A DNA stretch of 63,848 nucleotides, taken from contig CALWSN010000034.1 in NCBI GenBank assembly GCA_944384215.1, positions 1 to 63,848 on the forward strand, given 5' to 3'. Below the pieces are notes generated by a model. That model was not told where the DNA came from. It made no database searches and was given only the letters and a program-made list of their open reading frames with translations. The first letter of the stretch is position 1, and the number at the start of each line of letters is the position of its first letter. Source of the stretch: an uncultured Clostridia bacterium (GTDB taxonomy: Bacteria; Bacillota; Clostridia; Lachnospirales; CAG-274). This document shows positions 18,291-28,614 of this stretch, piece by piece. The translations under genes and the position numbers were made by a program.

Positions 18291-20441
18291 TTACATACTT
18301 ATTCTATCTTTTATTTCGTGCATTTTAGCCTCATTTAATCTAGTATCACCATTTACCCTAGAATAGCTTAAATAACCATTCATACGGTCTATTTTAGTTA
18401 AATTATCACTGCCACATTTTGGACAAGTGTCCATATTAAGCTGACTATGTCCACATTTATCACAATAAGACAAACTAAGGTTTACACCTTCATAAAACCC
18501 TAAATCCATAGCACGTTTTACTAAAGTTTTTATAGCATCTTTGTTATATTCAATAGGATATTTTACATATTGTATCTTGCCACCATTTAATAAATGCCAA
18601 AAACGTTTTTCAGTGTCTTGTTTTTGTATAGGAGTAATATTTTCTGTAACGTGAGCGTGGAAAGAATTACTTACATATTCTCTATCAGAAACATTTTCTA
18701 TAATGCCATATTTTTTTCTAAATTGTTTAACTTGTAAACCGCATAAACTTTCAGCAGGTGTTCCATATATAGCATATAAAACATTATCTTCTTTTTTAAA
18801 TTCATCTATTTTTTCATTGATGTATTGCATAACTTCTAATACAAATTGACCATCTTCAAATAAAGACTTTTTGTTGTGTAATTGTTGTAGCTCGTTTAAT
18901 GCAGTTATACCAAAACTAGCTGTTGCCGATTTTAAAAGAGGTTTTATTTTATCAGATGGCTTTAAATTTCCACCATAAAATCCACCTTCACAGTAAGCAA
19001 TAGGGTTAGTAGATGCTTTCATCTCACCTAAATAATCTAAAGTTTTTAAATGAATTTTTCTTATCATTTCTAAATAATAATCTAATACTTCATAAAAAGG
19101 TTTGCTTTCAGATTTTGCCTTTGCATATATCATAGGTAAGTGTAAAGATACTGCACCAATATTAAATCTACCTACTGTTATAGCTTTATCATTTTCATCA
19201 GCTGGTTTTACACCACCTCGCTCAAACCAAAGGCTTAAAAACGCTCTACATCCCATAGGAGAAATAACAGTGTTATATTTTTTATAAGCTTCTGCTACAT
19301 AGCTATCACCAGTTAAGCTTAAATAGTCTGGATACATAGTTTTTTTAGAACATTCTATGGCTTCATCAAATATATCTTCAAGCTCTTTACCTGTGCCGTG
19401 TAAATTTTCATCATATAAAAATACAATTTTAGGGAAAAGAACAGGTTTTTTATTACCCTCTTTACCTTGTCCTCCTTTATGCACTCTTAATATTATTTTG
19501 CTAGCCATTTTAGCAAATTTTGTTTTGCCAAGACCTATTGTAAAAGTAACAAAAGGATAATCTCCTCTAGAAGAGCCAACAGAATTTAGCTTATATTCTA
19601 AACCCTGAAACCCTTGCTCAAAATCTCTTTCTAGCTTTTTAATTGCTTTTTCTTCTACAAATTCCATATCTTCATTAGTTAAGCTTTCACCTTTTATATA
19701 AGATACATATTCTTTTATTTCGTTTACATATTTTATATAGCTTTTATTAGCATATTTATCTAAAATTTTATCAATTTCAGGCACAGTAAAGCCACCATAT
19801 TGTTGTGATGCAGTAGATAGAATAATATCTCCTATAACATCAAATGCAACGGCTAATGTTTTAGGTTCGTTATACCAAAGGTTACCCATTTCAAAGCCAC
19901 CTTCTAAAACCTTTTGCATATCAAATAAACAACAATTCATAGTATCTCGCCTTGCTGTCATATCGTGAATATAAATATACCCATCATTACAAGCTTGTTT
20001 TTCTTCTGTTGTTAAGAAAAACTTTTTGTAAAGCTCTTTGTTTAATTGATTATAAATCAAGCTTCTTTTAGTAGCTACCAATGCACTATCAGTATTACTA
20101 TTTTCTTTATCTCCAATATACATTATAGACTGGGCCTTTTGGTAAACATCATCTAGCATATGAACAAAATCTTGCTTATAGTTTCTATAATCTTTATAGC
20201 TTTTAGCCACATTAGGATTAATACTTTCTAAGGCATTTTCAACAAGATTATGCATAACTTGAATAGGTATTTTATCAAACTTTTTATTTTCTATTTCATT
20301 TTTTATAATATTACATATATTTTTATAATCATCTTCTTCAAAATGATACATTACTCTATTTGCAGATTTTGTAATAGCTTTTATAATTTTACTTTCATCA
20401 AAATCTTCTAATGTACCATCTTTTTTTATAACTTTTACCAC
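18291..20441 (-). CDS. nrdD: Class III anaerobic ribonucleoside-triphosphate reductase with ATP cone
   Basis: VIKKDG ATP cone, IYIHD, NCC, PMGCR, TPAESL, CxxC/CxxC, glycyl radical loop RMNGYL; GTG start 20441 behind AGGAGG. Confidence 0.96.
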   Translation of the reverse strand: MVKVIKKDGTLEDFDESKIIKAITKSANRVMYHFEEDDYKNICNIIKNEIENKKFDKIPIQVMHNLVENALESINPNVAKSYKDYRNYKQDFVHMLDDVYQKAQSIMYIGDKENSNTDSALVATKRSLIYNQLNKELYKKFFLTTEEKQACNDGYIYIHDMTARRDTMNCCLFDMQKVLEGGFEMGNLWYNEPKTLAVAFDVIGDIILSTASQQYGGFTVPEIDKILDKYANKSYIKYVNEIKEYVSYIKGESLTNEDMEFVEEKAIKKLERDFEQGFQGLEYKLNSVGSSRGDYPFVTFTIGLGKTKFAKMASKIILRVHKGGQGKEGNKKPVLFPKIVFLYDENLHGTGKELEDIFDEAIECSKKTMYPDYLSLTGDSYVAEAYKKYNTVISPMGCRAFLSLWFERGGVKPADENDKAITVGRFNIGAVSLHLPMIYAKAKSESKPFYEVLDYYLEMIRKIHLKTLDYLGEMKASTNPIAYCEGGFYGGNLKPSDKIKPLLKSATASFGITALNELQQLHNKKSLFEDGQFVLEVMQYINEKIDEFKKEDNVLYAIYGTPAESLCGLQVKQFRKKYGIIENVSDREYVSNSFHAHVTENITPIQKQDTEKRFWHLLNGGKIQYVKYPIEYNKDAIKTLVKRAMDLGFYEGVNLSLSYCDKCGHSQLNMDTCPKCGSDNLTKIDRMNGYLSYSRVNGDTRLNEAKMHEIKDRISM

Positions 20442-20482
20442 AGTGACCCCTCCTAAAAATTTATAACCTAATATATATAATA

Positions 20483-20537
20483 TTGCCATATATAGTTAGT
20501 GTAATATTAATTATACACAAGTTCTAGTTTTAGTCAA
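20483..20537 (-). promoter_or_regulatory. nrdD promoter with two tandem NrdR boxes
   Basis: Minus strand TTGACT-16-TATAAT (20537-20510); boxes aaaCtAgAacTtGtgt (20515-20530) and taaCtAtATaTgGcaa (20483-20498), 32 bp apart, resembling acaCwAtATaTwGtgt. Confidence 0.8.
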
Positions 20538-20778
20538 GATGCTATTATTATACTAAAATTTAATTTTAGTATAAATTTTTCTATACTTCTAGGCTTATTT
20601 TAAACTATAAAATTCTTAAAAATTTTTTATTTATATATTTTATATAGATAATTTTTTGTCTATTATTAAAAATAAACAAATTTAATAATTATTAACAAGA
20701 TTATTATTGTATTATATTATTAATAATTTTTTATTTTTTTGAATAATATATTTATATAAATTTATAAGGAGAATTATT

Positions 20779-22629
20779 ATGTGTGGTATTGCAGGATTTT
20801 CAAATTTTAATGAAAAATTTTTAAATAATGAAGTTTTTTTTAAAGATATTTTAGATAATATGAGAAAATCTTTAAGAAAAAGAGGAGATGATGCAAAAGG
20901 TATATATTTAGATAATAATTTTGGAGCATCACACGCTAGGCTATCTATTAGAGATTTATCAGAAAATGGCAACCAACCTATGATAAAAAATATAAACAAC
21001 AATAAATATGTCATAGTATATAATGGTGAAATATATAATACAGAAGAGCTAAAAAAAGATTTAAAAAGTAAAGGATATGAATTTAATACAACAACTGATA
21101 CAGAAGTTATTTTAAATTTATTTATAGAGTATAAAGAAAAATGTGTAGACTATCTAAATGGTATTTTTGCATTTTCTATATATGATACACAAAATGAAGT
21201 AGTATATTTATTTAGAGATAGAGTTGGTATAAAACCATTATTTTATACAATAGAAAATAATACTTTAGTTTTTGGCTCTGAGCCTAAGGCATTGTTTGAA
21301 CACCCTATTATAACACCTACTATAAATTTAGATAGCTTAAAACAAGTACTTGGTATAGGTCCTGCTAGAATAGCTGGTAAAGGTGTATTTAAAAATATAT
21401 ACGAAATAAAACCAGGTCATTTTGCAATATTTAATAAATATGGCTTTAAAGAAAAAATGTACTGGGAACTAAAAAGTGATTATCACAAAGATAATTATGA
21501 ACAAACAGTAGAAAAAGTATCTTTTTTAGTAAGAGATTCAATAGAAAAACAATTAGTATCAGATGTTGAAATCTGTACATTTTTATCTGGTGGTATAGAC
21601 TCTAGTATAGTTACTGCCGTATCTTCTAATTATTTAAATAAATTAGGTAAAAAATTAAATACATTTTCATTTGATTTTAAAGAAAATGATATATATTTTA
21701 AATCTAACAGTTTTCAACCAGAAAGAGATAAACCTTATGTAGAAATTATGTTAAAAGCCTATGATTTAAACCATAACTATTTAGAATGTAATGAAGAAGA
21801 GCTTATAGACTTATTATATAAAGCAGTAGATGCCAAAGACTTGCCTGGTATGGCAGATGTAGATGCTTCTATGTTATATTTTTGTTCTTTAGTTTCAAAA
21901 CAAAATAAGGTAGCTTTAACAGGCGAATGTGCTGACGAAATATTTGGTGGTTACCCTTGGTTTTATAGAGAAGATTTATTAAATTCTACTACATTTCCTT
22001 GGTCTAAAAATATGGATACAAGAGAATTATTTTTAACAGAAGATTTAAAAAATCAATTAAGACTAACTGAATATTCTTTAGAAAACTATGAACAATCTAT
22101 AAAAAATACACCTTATCTCGATGGAGAAACAAAAGAAGAATGTAAAAGAAGAGAAATAGCTTATTTAAACATAAAATGGTTTATGGCAACTTTATTAGAG
22201 CGAATGGATAGAATGAGTATGTATAATAGTTTAGAAGCTAGAGTACCTTTTGCAGACCATAGAATAATAGAATATTTATGGAATGTTCCTTGGCATATGA
22301 AATATAAAAATAATGTAGAAAAAAGTTTATTAAGAGAGGCAACTAAAGATTTATTGCCTTTAGAACTTTTAAATCGTAAAAAAAGCCCATATCCTAAAAC
22401 ATATAATCCTAATTATGAAAGATTATTAAAAAATGAACTAATAAGCATAATAAATAATAATAATTCACCTATTAACAACTTAATAGATAAAAACAAAATA
22501 TTAGAATTTGTAAAAATTCCTTCAGACTATGGCAAACCTTGGTTTGGACAATTAATGTCAGGACCACAACTTATGGCTTATTTTATACAAATAAATTATT
22601 GGTTAAAAAAATATAGTTTATCTATATAA
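20779..22629 (+). CDS. asnB: Asparagine synthase (glutamine-hydrolysing), AsnB/AsnO family
   Basis: N-terminal MCGIAG, RLSIRD, NGEIYN, FLSGGIDSS, TGECADEIFGGY, EARVPF. Confidence 0.94.
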   Translation: MCGIAGFSNFNEKFLNNEVFFKDILDNMRKSLRKRGDDAKGIYLDNNFGASHARLSIRDLSENGNQPMIKNINNNKYVIVYNGEIYNTEELKKDLKSKGYEFNTTTDTEVILNLFIEYKEKCVDYLNGIFAFSIYDTQNEVVYLFRDRVGIKPLFYTIENNTLVFGSEPKALFEHPIITPTINLDSLKQVLGIGPARIAGKGVFKNIYEIKPGHFAIFNKYGFKEKMYWELKSDYHKDNYEQTVEKVSFLVRDSIEKQLVSDVEICTFLSGGIDSSIVTAVSSNYLNKLGKKLNTFSFDFKENDIYFKSNSFQPERDKPYVEIMLKAYDLNHNYLECNEEELIDLLYKAVDAKDLPGMADVDASMLYFCSLVSKQNKVALTGECADEIFGGYPWFYREDLLNSTTFPWSKNMDTRELFLTEDLKNQLRLTEYSLENYEQSIKNTPYLDGETKEECKRREIAYLNIKWFMATLLERMDRMSMYNSLEARVPFADHRIIEYLWNVPWHMKYKNNVEKSLLREATKDLLPLELLNRKKSPYPKTYNPNYERLLKNELISIINNNNSPINNLIDKNKILEFVKIPSDYGKPWFGQLMSGPQLMAYFIQINYWLKKYSLSI

Positions 22630-22635
22630 AAATAT

Positions 22636-22660
22636 AAGGCTAGTTTTTCTAGCCTTTTTT
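22636..22660 (+). terminator. Intrinsic terminator after asnB
   Basis: aaggctag-ttttt-ctagcctt followed by a T run. Confidence 0.75.
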
Positions 22661-22830
22661 ATATATAACAATATTGCCATTTTCATCTAATAAAGGTGTC
22701 ATAGAGGGCGACATACCAACAGACATAGTATAATTTACACCTGTTTTTTATCAATCACTATATAAATATTTAACCCTGCTAAACTTTCCTTATGCTTTAC
22801 TTTAAAATGTCCATTTTTACCAAATCTTAA
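22649..22830 (-). pseudogene. Frameshifted, start-less remnant of a small DUF6440-like protein
   Basis: Reads ...FGKNGHFKVKHKESLAGLNIYIVIDKK then stops. Adding one A to the A6 run (plus 22744-22749) gives TGVNYTMSVGMSPSMTPLLDENGNIVIYKKG*, the D-x2-TGVNY...TPLLD-x2-G pattern of DUF6440. Confidence 0.72.
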
Positions 22831-23343
22831 TTATTTTATTTTTATTTCATATATTTTTTCTTTAAGAATCCTTCCATCTAGTGTTTTAATTTTTTTATAA
22901 TCTACTATAACCTTACCACCATAATAAATAGCAATTTTTTTACTTGCATTATTTCTTCTATCAACATTATAAATTAATTTTTTATAATTTAGCCTTTTAG
23001 CATATTTTATAACTGTACCAATAGCCTCTCTGCCGTAGTGGTTTCCGTGTGCTTCATACTTAGTCCATATACCAAGTGTTGGGATACTATTTTTTAAATT
23101 ATGTAATCCTACAAGCCCTAAAAATTCATTATTTTCTTTTAAAGTTATGGCGTACGTATAATCAGTACCTTCTTCTCTTTGTTTTATAAAACTTTTAACA
23201 ACGTTAGTAGTTTCTTCTATATTTTTAGCTACTGGCGGAAACATATATTTAATTATTTTTTCATTAAAACTTTTAAATATATCTTTTATATGACTTTCAT
23301 TTACTGGAATAAGCAATAATCTATTTGTTTCTAAAGTTTCCAT
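22831..23343 (-). CDS. GNAT N-acetyltransferase (RimJ/RimL-like)
   Basis: LETNRLLL, LGIWTK...HGNHYGREA, RRNNASKKIA. Confidence 0.88.
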   Translation of the reverse strand: METLETNRLLLIPVNESHIKDIFKSFNEKIIKYMFPPVAKNIEETTNVVKSFIKQREEGTDYTYAITLKENNEFLGLVGLHNLKNSIPTLGIWTKYEAHGNHYGREAIGTVIKYAKRLNYKKLIYNVDRRNNASKKIAIYYGGKVIVDYKKIKTLDGRILKEKIYEIKIK

Positions 23344-23406
23344 ATAACTCCTCCTTTTGATAAATTAATTCATTATATAATAATAAGTATAATTTGTCAA
23401 ATATAC

Positions 23407-23434
23407 AAAAGAGGCTAATAAAATAGCCTCTTTT
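23407..23434 (-). terminator. Intrinsic terminator of the ABC/deaminase operon
   Basis: aaaagaggcta-N6-tagcctctttt. Confidence 0.8.
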
Positions 23435-23437
23435 ATA

Positions 23438-24766
23438 TTATAATATTGCTTTTTCTAATTGTTCTTTAGCTTTTTGTTCAAATTGTTGCATATGATTTTT
23501 TAAATCATTTTTAATGGTTTGTAAATCTTTATTTACAAGTTTTTTATTTTTAACAACACATTTACCATTTACAAAAACAGTATCTATATTACTGGCATTA
23601 GCACTATAAACAATAGCAGAGTAAGGGTCAAAAACAGGAAACATATTAACAGAATTAGTTTCAATAATAACTAAATCAGCTTTTTTACCTATTTCTATTG
23701 AGCCTATCTCTTTATCTTTATTTAAAACTTTAGCGCCCATAATAGTACCTAATTTTATAATCTCCTTAGCAGGAAATATACTACGGTCTTTATTTTCTAA
23801 TTTATGAAAATTTGCAAAAAGTTTAAATTGAGTAATAATATCTAATGTATTGCCACTAGATGCTCCATCTGTACCAAGCCCTACTGGTATATTGTGTTGT
23901 AACATTTTACTAACAGGTGCAACCCCTTTAGCAGACTTAGTATTAGAGCCAATACAATGAGCTACTTTTACATTATATTTTTCTAATAATTTTATATCAT
24001 TATCTGTTAAATATATACAATGTGCAGCTACTAATCTATCACTTAATAACTCTATACTTTCTAAATATTCAACAGGTGTTTTATTAAATTCTTCTTTAAA
24101 ATATTTAAGCTCATAGTCCATTTCAGATAAATGCATACTTATAGGCACATTATATTTTTTAGATATTTCATTAGCTTTTATTAAAGAATTTGTATCATTA
24201 GTATTAGGTGCGTGAGGTGCTATAAAAGGTGTTATTAAATTATGATTTTTCCATTTTTCTATAAATTTTTCTGCATAGTTTAAGCCACCAAAAGCCTCTT
24301 TGCTATCACAAGTAGGAAAATTTATAATAGTTTCACCTAAAAAAGCTCTTATACCCATTTCATCACTAGCTTTTGCTACTTCATCTTCAAAGTAATACAT
24401 ATCCATAATAGTAGTAACACCGCTTAATAACATTTCACAAATAGCATATTTAGCACTATGGTAAGCTAATTTTTCATTCATACATTCATTTTCTAAAGGG
24501 AATAAATATCTTCTAAGCCTATCTTTACAATCATCTCCAAGGCTTCTAAAAGGTATCATACTTAAATGTGTATGAGTGTTAATCATACCTGGCATTAATA
24601 TACCACCATAGCCATCTATTATAATGTTTTTATCATCTTCTTTATAGTCTTTCATATGACCTATAAATGATATATTTTCACCTTCTATAACAACAAATCC
24701 ATTTTCAATTTCTGTCATATTATTATCCATAGTAATAATTTTTACATTTTTTATAATAGTTTTCAT
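23438..24766 (-). CDS. Amidohydrolase (MtaD/SsnA/ATZ-TRZ-like deaminase)
   Basis: PGMINTHTH, APHAP, HLSE, AAHC, LGTDG, GSIEIGKKADL. Confidence 0.88.
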   Translation of the reverse strand: MKTIIKNVKIITMDNNMTEIENGFVVIEGENISFIGHMKDYKEDDKNIIIDGYGGILMPGMINTHTHLSMIPFRSLGDDCKDRLRRYLFPLENECMNEKLAYHSAKYAICEMLLSGVTTIMDMYYFEDEVAKASDEMGIRAFLGETIINFPTCDSKEAFGGLNYAEKFIEKWKNHNLITPFIAPHAPNTNDTNSLIKANEISKKYNVPISMHLSEMDYELKYFKEEFNKTPVEYLESIELLSDRLVAAHCIYLTDNDIKLLEKYNVKVAHCIGSNTKSAKGVAPVSKMLQHNIPVGLGTDGASSGNTLDIITQFKLFANFHKLENKDRSIFPAKEIIKLGTIMGAKVLNKDKEIGSIEIGKKADLVIIETNSVNMFPVFDPYSAIVYSANASNIDTVFVNGKCVVKNKKLVNKDLQTIKNDLKNHMQQFEQKAKEQLEKAIL

Positions 24767-26452
24767 CTATTCACCTTCTATACTAATAAATTGTTGTGTT
24801 TTTGTATCTAACATACCTTTGTCAGTTATTTTTATCTCAGGCGAAACTGGTAAAGATAAAGTTGAAAAAGACATTATTTCATTTATATGCTCATAGCCTA
24901 AATTGTTCATAGCCTTTCTAATGCTTTTTATATCTTTAGATAGTTCCTCAATATCACCATCATTTACTATTCCACCAACATTTAAAATAGCTTTAGCAGT
25001 TACTTTTTCATTTTCACAAACAATATATCCTCCCTGCATATCTATTATATTATGTTGTGCTAATAGCATATCTTTCTTACTTGTCCCCATAACCATAAGA
25101 TTGTGATTATCGTGTGCCCAAGTTGTAGCTATTGCTCCCTTTTTATTAATAGCACCTTCTAATAATGCATAAGATTTATTACCTGTTTTATTGTATCTTT
25201 CATATACAACAAGTAAAGCTAGCCCGCTATCTTCCCAGTTTATTTTGCCATTTACAATAGGTAAATTTCTCGTTACTTTTTCAGTAAATGTACTATTTTT
25301 ATTAATCTTTATAACATTACAATTTACGTTATCTTTTTTATTAGTTTTTAGTTCAAAATCTTCTAATATAGCCTTATTGCATTTTACAGTATTATAAAAA
25401 TATTGCGGGAATTCTTCTTTTTTGATATTTTCTCCTTCATATAAATTACCATTTTTATAAACTTCTTTAATTTCTAAATTTTGTAAATTATCAAGCACGA
25501 TAAAATCTGCTATTTTACCAACAGATATAGCTCCTCTATCAAAAAGGTTCATTCTTCTAGCAGGTGTATAAGTTGCACAATATATAGCCTTGTTAATAGG
25601 CATACCAAAATCTACTGCCATTTTAACAATTTTATTAAGGTGTCCTTCTTTTAAATGGTCTGCCATTACATCATCTGTTACAAAAGCAAAATATTCATAA
25701 AAATTATTATCTATTAAAGTTTTGATAGTTTCTTTATTAATAGATTTTTTTTGTATTTCTAAAAATATGCCATTAGTTATTTTTTCATAAATAGATTCAG
25801 GTGTTTGTTGTGTATGGTCAGCATCAACTCCTGCGTATATAAATTTAGCTAAATCTAACCCAGATATTTTAGGACAATGACCTTCTATTGGTAAATTTTT
25901 ATTATTTTCTTTACATATTTTTATAATATTTTTTATTAAGGTATCATCTTTACAGATTAAATCTTTAAAGTTCATTACCTCACCTAAACACATTATTCTA
26001 GGATTCTTTAATAATTCTAACACATCTTCTTCTACAATTTTTCCACCAGTTGTTTCTAAATTGCTATTAGTAGCTGGTACACTAGAAGGAATTCCATAAA
26101 AAATATCTAGTGTTGTATCACTAGATATAAAATAATTTATTCCCTCTATCCCAAATACATTGGCTATCTCGTGGGGGTCAGCTACAACAGTAGTAACCCC
26201 GTGAGGTAAAACCATTTTAGAAAATTGACTAGGAACCGTCATAGAACTTTCAATATGCATATGAATATCAATAAATCCTGGTATAATGTATTTATCTTTA
26301 TAATCTATAATATTTTTAGATTTTAACTCTGTTATATTATTAGATATATAATAAAATCTTCCATTTAAAATGGCAATATCTTTGTTTTCAAATTTTTGAA
26401 GAAAAGTATTATAAACATTACCATTTTTTATAATTAAATCTACACAATCCAT
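24767..26452 (-). CDS. ade: Adenine deaminase family protein (variant)
   Basis: HMHIESS, DPHEIANV, GEVMN, EGHCP, VTDD, AHDNHN, LSLPVSPEIKITDKG. Confidence 0.85.
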   Translation of the reverse strand: MDCVDLIIKNGNVYNTFLQKFENKDIAILNGRFYYISNNITELKSKNIIDYKDKYIIPGFIDIHMHIESSMTVPSQFSKMVLPHGVTTVVADPHEIANVFGIEGINYFISSDTTLDIFYGIPSSVPATNSNLETTGGKIVEEDVLELLKNPRIMCLGEVMNFKDLICKDDTLIKNIIKICKENNKNLPIEGHCPKISGLDLAKFIYAGVDADHTQQTPESIYEKITNGIFLEIQKKSINKETIKTLIDNNFYEYFAFVTDDVMADHLKEGHLNKIVKMAVDFGMPINKAIYCATYTPARRMNLFDRGAISVGKIADFIVLDNLQNLEIKEVYKNGNLYEGENIKKEEFPQYFYNTVKCNKAILEDFELKTNKKDNVNCNVIKINKNSTFTEKVTRNLPIVNGKINWEDSGLALLVVYERYNKTGNKSYALLEGAINKKGAIATTWAHDNHNLMVMGTSKKDMLLAQHNIIDMQGGYIVCENEKVTAKAILNVGGIVNDGDIEELSKDIKSIRKAMNNLGYEHINEIMSFSTLSLPVSPEIKITDKGMLDTKTQQFISIEGE

Positions 26453-26483
26453 ATTAATATCCTCTACATAATAAATTATAAAA

Positions 26484-27545
26484 TTAGCTATTTAAAATAC
26501 GGTTCCATTGGTCAATCCAACTAGGTAAAAGAGGATTAACTACACTATAATCTATTGCTTTTGCATTAGTTGCTACATCACCATAAGTTTTGTTTAATGC
26601 AACATCTTCTGTTAATTCTACAGTGCTATTAGTAGGAGCTTCATTTAAAGAGCTAGCAGTTTTTGTTTGTAACTCGTTGCTAAGTCTCCAGTTAATAAAT
26701 TCATAAGCTAAATCTTTATTTTTAGAATTTTTGTTAATATCCATTGTGTTAAAGTTTGCATATGTTCCAGATGCTGGACTTACATAAGTTAATTGTGGAG
26801 CAGCTGCTTGTATTGTAGGTATAGCAAAATCTCCTACAACTGCTACTTGTATCTCACCTGATGCAAACATATTAGCTAAATCTGATGATTTAGAGTATGT
26901 TTTTACAACATTAGGTTTTAATTCTTCTAAAGCTTCAAAAGCTTTAGCACCTTCATCTGTTTTGATATCTCCACCTTTATAATCATTTGCTACATACATC
27001 ATAGCAGGTCCAAAAGTAGAAGTAATCTCTGGTATAGATATTTTTCCAGCAAGCTCTGGTTTCCATAAATCTGCAAATTCTGTAATTTCAAAACCTAAAG
27101 CTTCTTTATCATACATAATACCAATACTATTTATTGTATAAGCAGGTCCATAACCTGATTGTGTAAGCTCTGCTGCTGCTGGTATAAGGTCTTTAGCATT
27201 AGGTATTTTAGAATAATCTATTTGTTCAAAAAGCCCTGCTTCATAACCTTCGGCAGCTTTAGCTTGAGATAAATCTATTACATCTACTTTAGAGCTAGGG
27301 TCAGTAGCTAATTTTGTATAACGTTCTGATGTAGTGCCTATTTCTAAAACTATTTCACAGTTAAATTGTTCTTCAAAAGGAGCATAAACATCTTCTTTTA
27401 ATATATCTTCACTTAAACCCCAAGTAGATATTACTAATTGACGTTTGCCATCTACTGTTTGTCCTTCCTCTGTTTTTGCACCACAACCAGTTAAAGCCAT
27501 TGTAGTCATTAATGTTGCAAAGCAAATTGCTAAAGTTTTTTTCAT
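26484..27545 (-). CDS. ABC transporter substrate-binding lipoprotein (PotD/AfuA-like)
   Basis: Lipobox LTGC; DLWKPELAGKI, AYEFINW motifs. Confidence 0.9.
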   Translation of the reverse strand: MKKTLAICFATLMTTMALTGCGAKTEEGQTVDGKRQLVISTWGLSEDILKEDVYAPFEEQFNCEIVLEIGTTSERYTKLATDPSSKVDVIDLSQAKAAEGYEAGLFEQIDYSKIPNAKDLIPAAAELTQSGYGPAYTINSIGIMYDKEALGFEITEFADLWKPELAGKISIPEITSTFGPAMMYVANDYKGGDIKTDEGAKAFEALEELKPNVVKTYSKSSDLANMFASGEIQVAVVGDFAIPTIQAAAPQLTYVSPASGTYANFNTMDINKNSKNKDLAYEFINWRLSNELQTKTASSLNEAPTNSTVELTEDVALNKTYGDVATNAKAIDYSVVNPLLPSWIDQWNRILNS

Positions 27546-27567
27546 TTTAATTTTCTCCTTATCCTTA

Positions 27568-28602
27568 TTATACTAAAATTATTTTATTTGAAGGTAAAAC
27601 TAACGTTAAAGTATCTCCTGTTTCATATATTTTTTCTGCTTGTTCATTTACAACAAGCTTGCCCAAAGGTGTTTCTACTTCATATTGATAAGCTTTACCT
27701 AAAAATGTTCTTACTTGTATAGTACCTTTCACACTATTTATACTATTTTCATCATTTGATATTAATATATCATCTGGTTTAATAGTACCCAAACAATTTT
27801 GTAAATAATCATCACTTTCTACATTAAATATATCGCCATTTTCTGCTTTATATTTATTGCCCTCTAGCCTTTCTAGCTTTATAAAGTTTTCAAAACCAAT
27901 AAAACGAGCTACAAACTCTGTTTTAGGTCTATTATATATATTTTCAGGTGTATCATATTGTTCAATTATACCATTATTCATAACAGCAACTTTATCTGAT
28001 ATAGAAAAACATTCTTCTTGGTCGTGAGTAACAAATAAAGTTGTAATGCCTAATTTTTTTTGTAAACGTTTTATTTCTACACGCATATTTATACGAAGCT
28101 TAGCATCTAAATTACTAAGAGGTTCATCTAATAACAATAATTTAGGTTGTATAACTAAAGCTCTTGCTAAAGCAACTCTTTGACGTTGCCCACCAGACAT
28201 TTGCTTAGGAAAACGCTTAGCAAATTCAGTTAAACCACATACTTCTAGTATTTCTTTAACTCTTGTGTCAATTTCTTTTTTATCAACTTTTCTCAATTTA
28301 AGACCAAAAGCAACATTATCATATACACTAAGGTGTGGAAATAATGCATAGCTTTGAAAAACTAAGCCAAAGTTTCTTTTGTGAACTGGAGTTTTAGTTA
28401 AATCTTCTCCATCTAAGGTAAAGCTACCACCTGTTGCTTCAACAAAACCTGCTACAACTCTAAGTGTAGTAGTTTTGCCACAACCACTAGGCCCAAGCAA
28501 AGAAACAAGCTCCCCTTTTTCTATATCAAGACAAAGCCCTTCAAGTATATTTTTTTTACCATCATAGCTAACATTTATTTTATCTAACTTCATAAACGAC
28601 AT
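27568..28602 (-). CDS. ABC transporter ATP-binding protein (PotA-like)
   Basis: GPSGCGKT, FQSYALFPH, MSGGQRQR, LLLDEP, C-terminal TOBE-like region. Confidence 0.95.
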   Translation of the reverse strand: MSFMKLDKINVSYDGKKNILEGLCLDIEKGELVSLLGPSGCGKTTTLRVVAGFVEATGGSFTLDGEDLTKTPVHKRNFGLVFQSYALFPHLSVYDNVAFGLKLRKVDKKEIDTRVKEILEVCGLTEFAKRFPKQMSGGQRQRVALARALVIQPKLLLLDEPLSNLDAKLRINMRVEIKRLQKKLGITTLFVTHDQEECFSISDKVAVMNNGIIEQYDTPENIYNRPKTEFVARFIGFENFIKLERLEGNKYKAENGDIFNVESDDYLQNCLGTIKPDDILISNDENSINSVKGTIQVRTFLGKAYQYEVETPLGKLVVNEQAEKIYETGDTLTLVLPSNKIILV

Positions 28603-28614
28603 AAGCTTTTCCTC

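Noticed and set aside
17269-20441. Prophage origin for nrdD/nrdG/dut (and tdk)
   Set aside because: No phage structural or integrase genes; host-type NrdR boxes and core-gene neighbours
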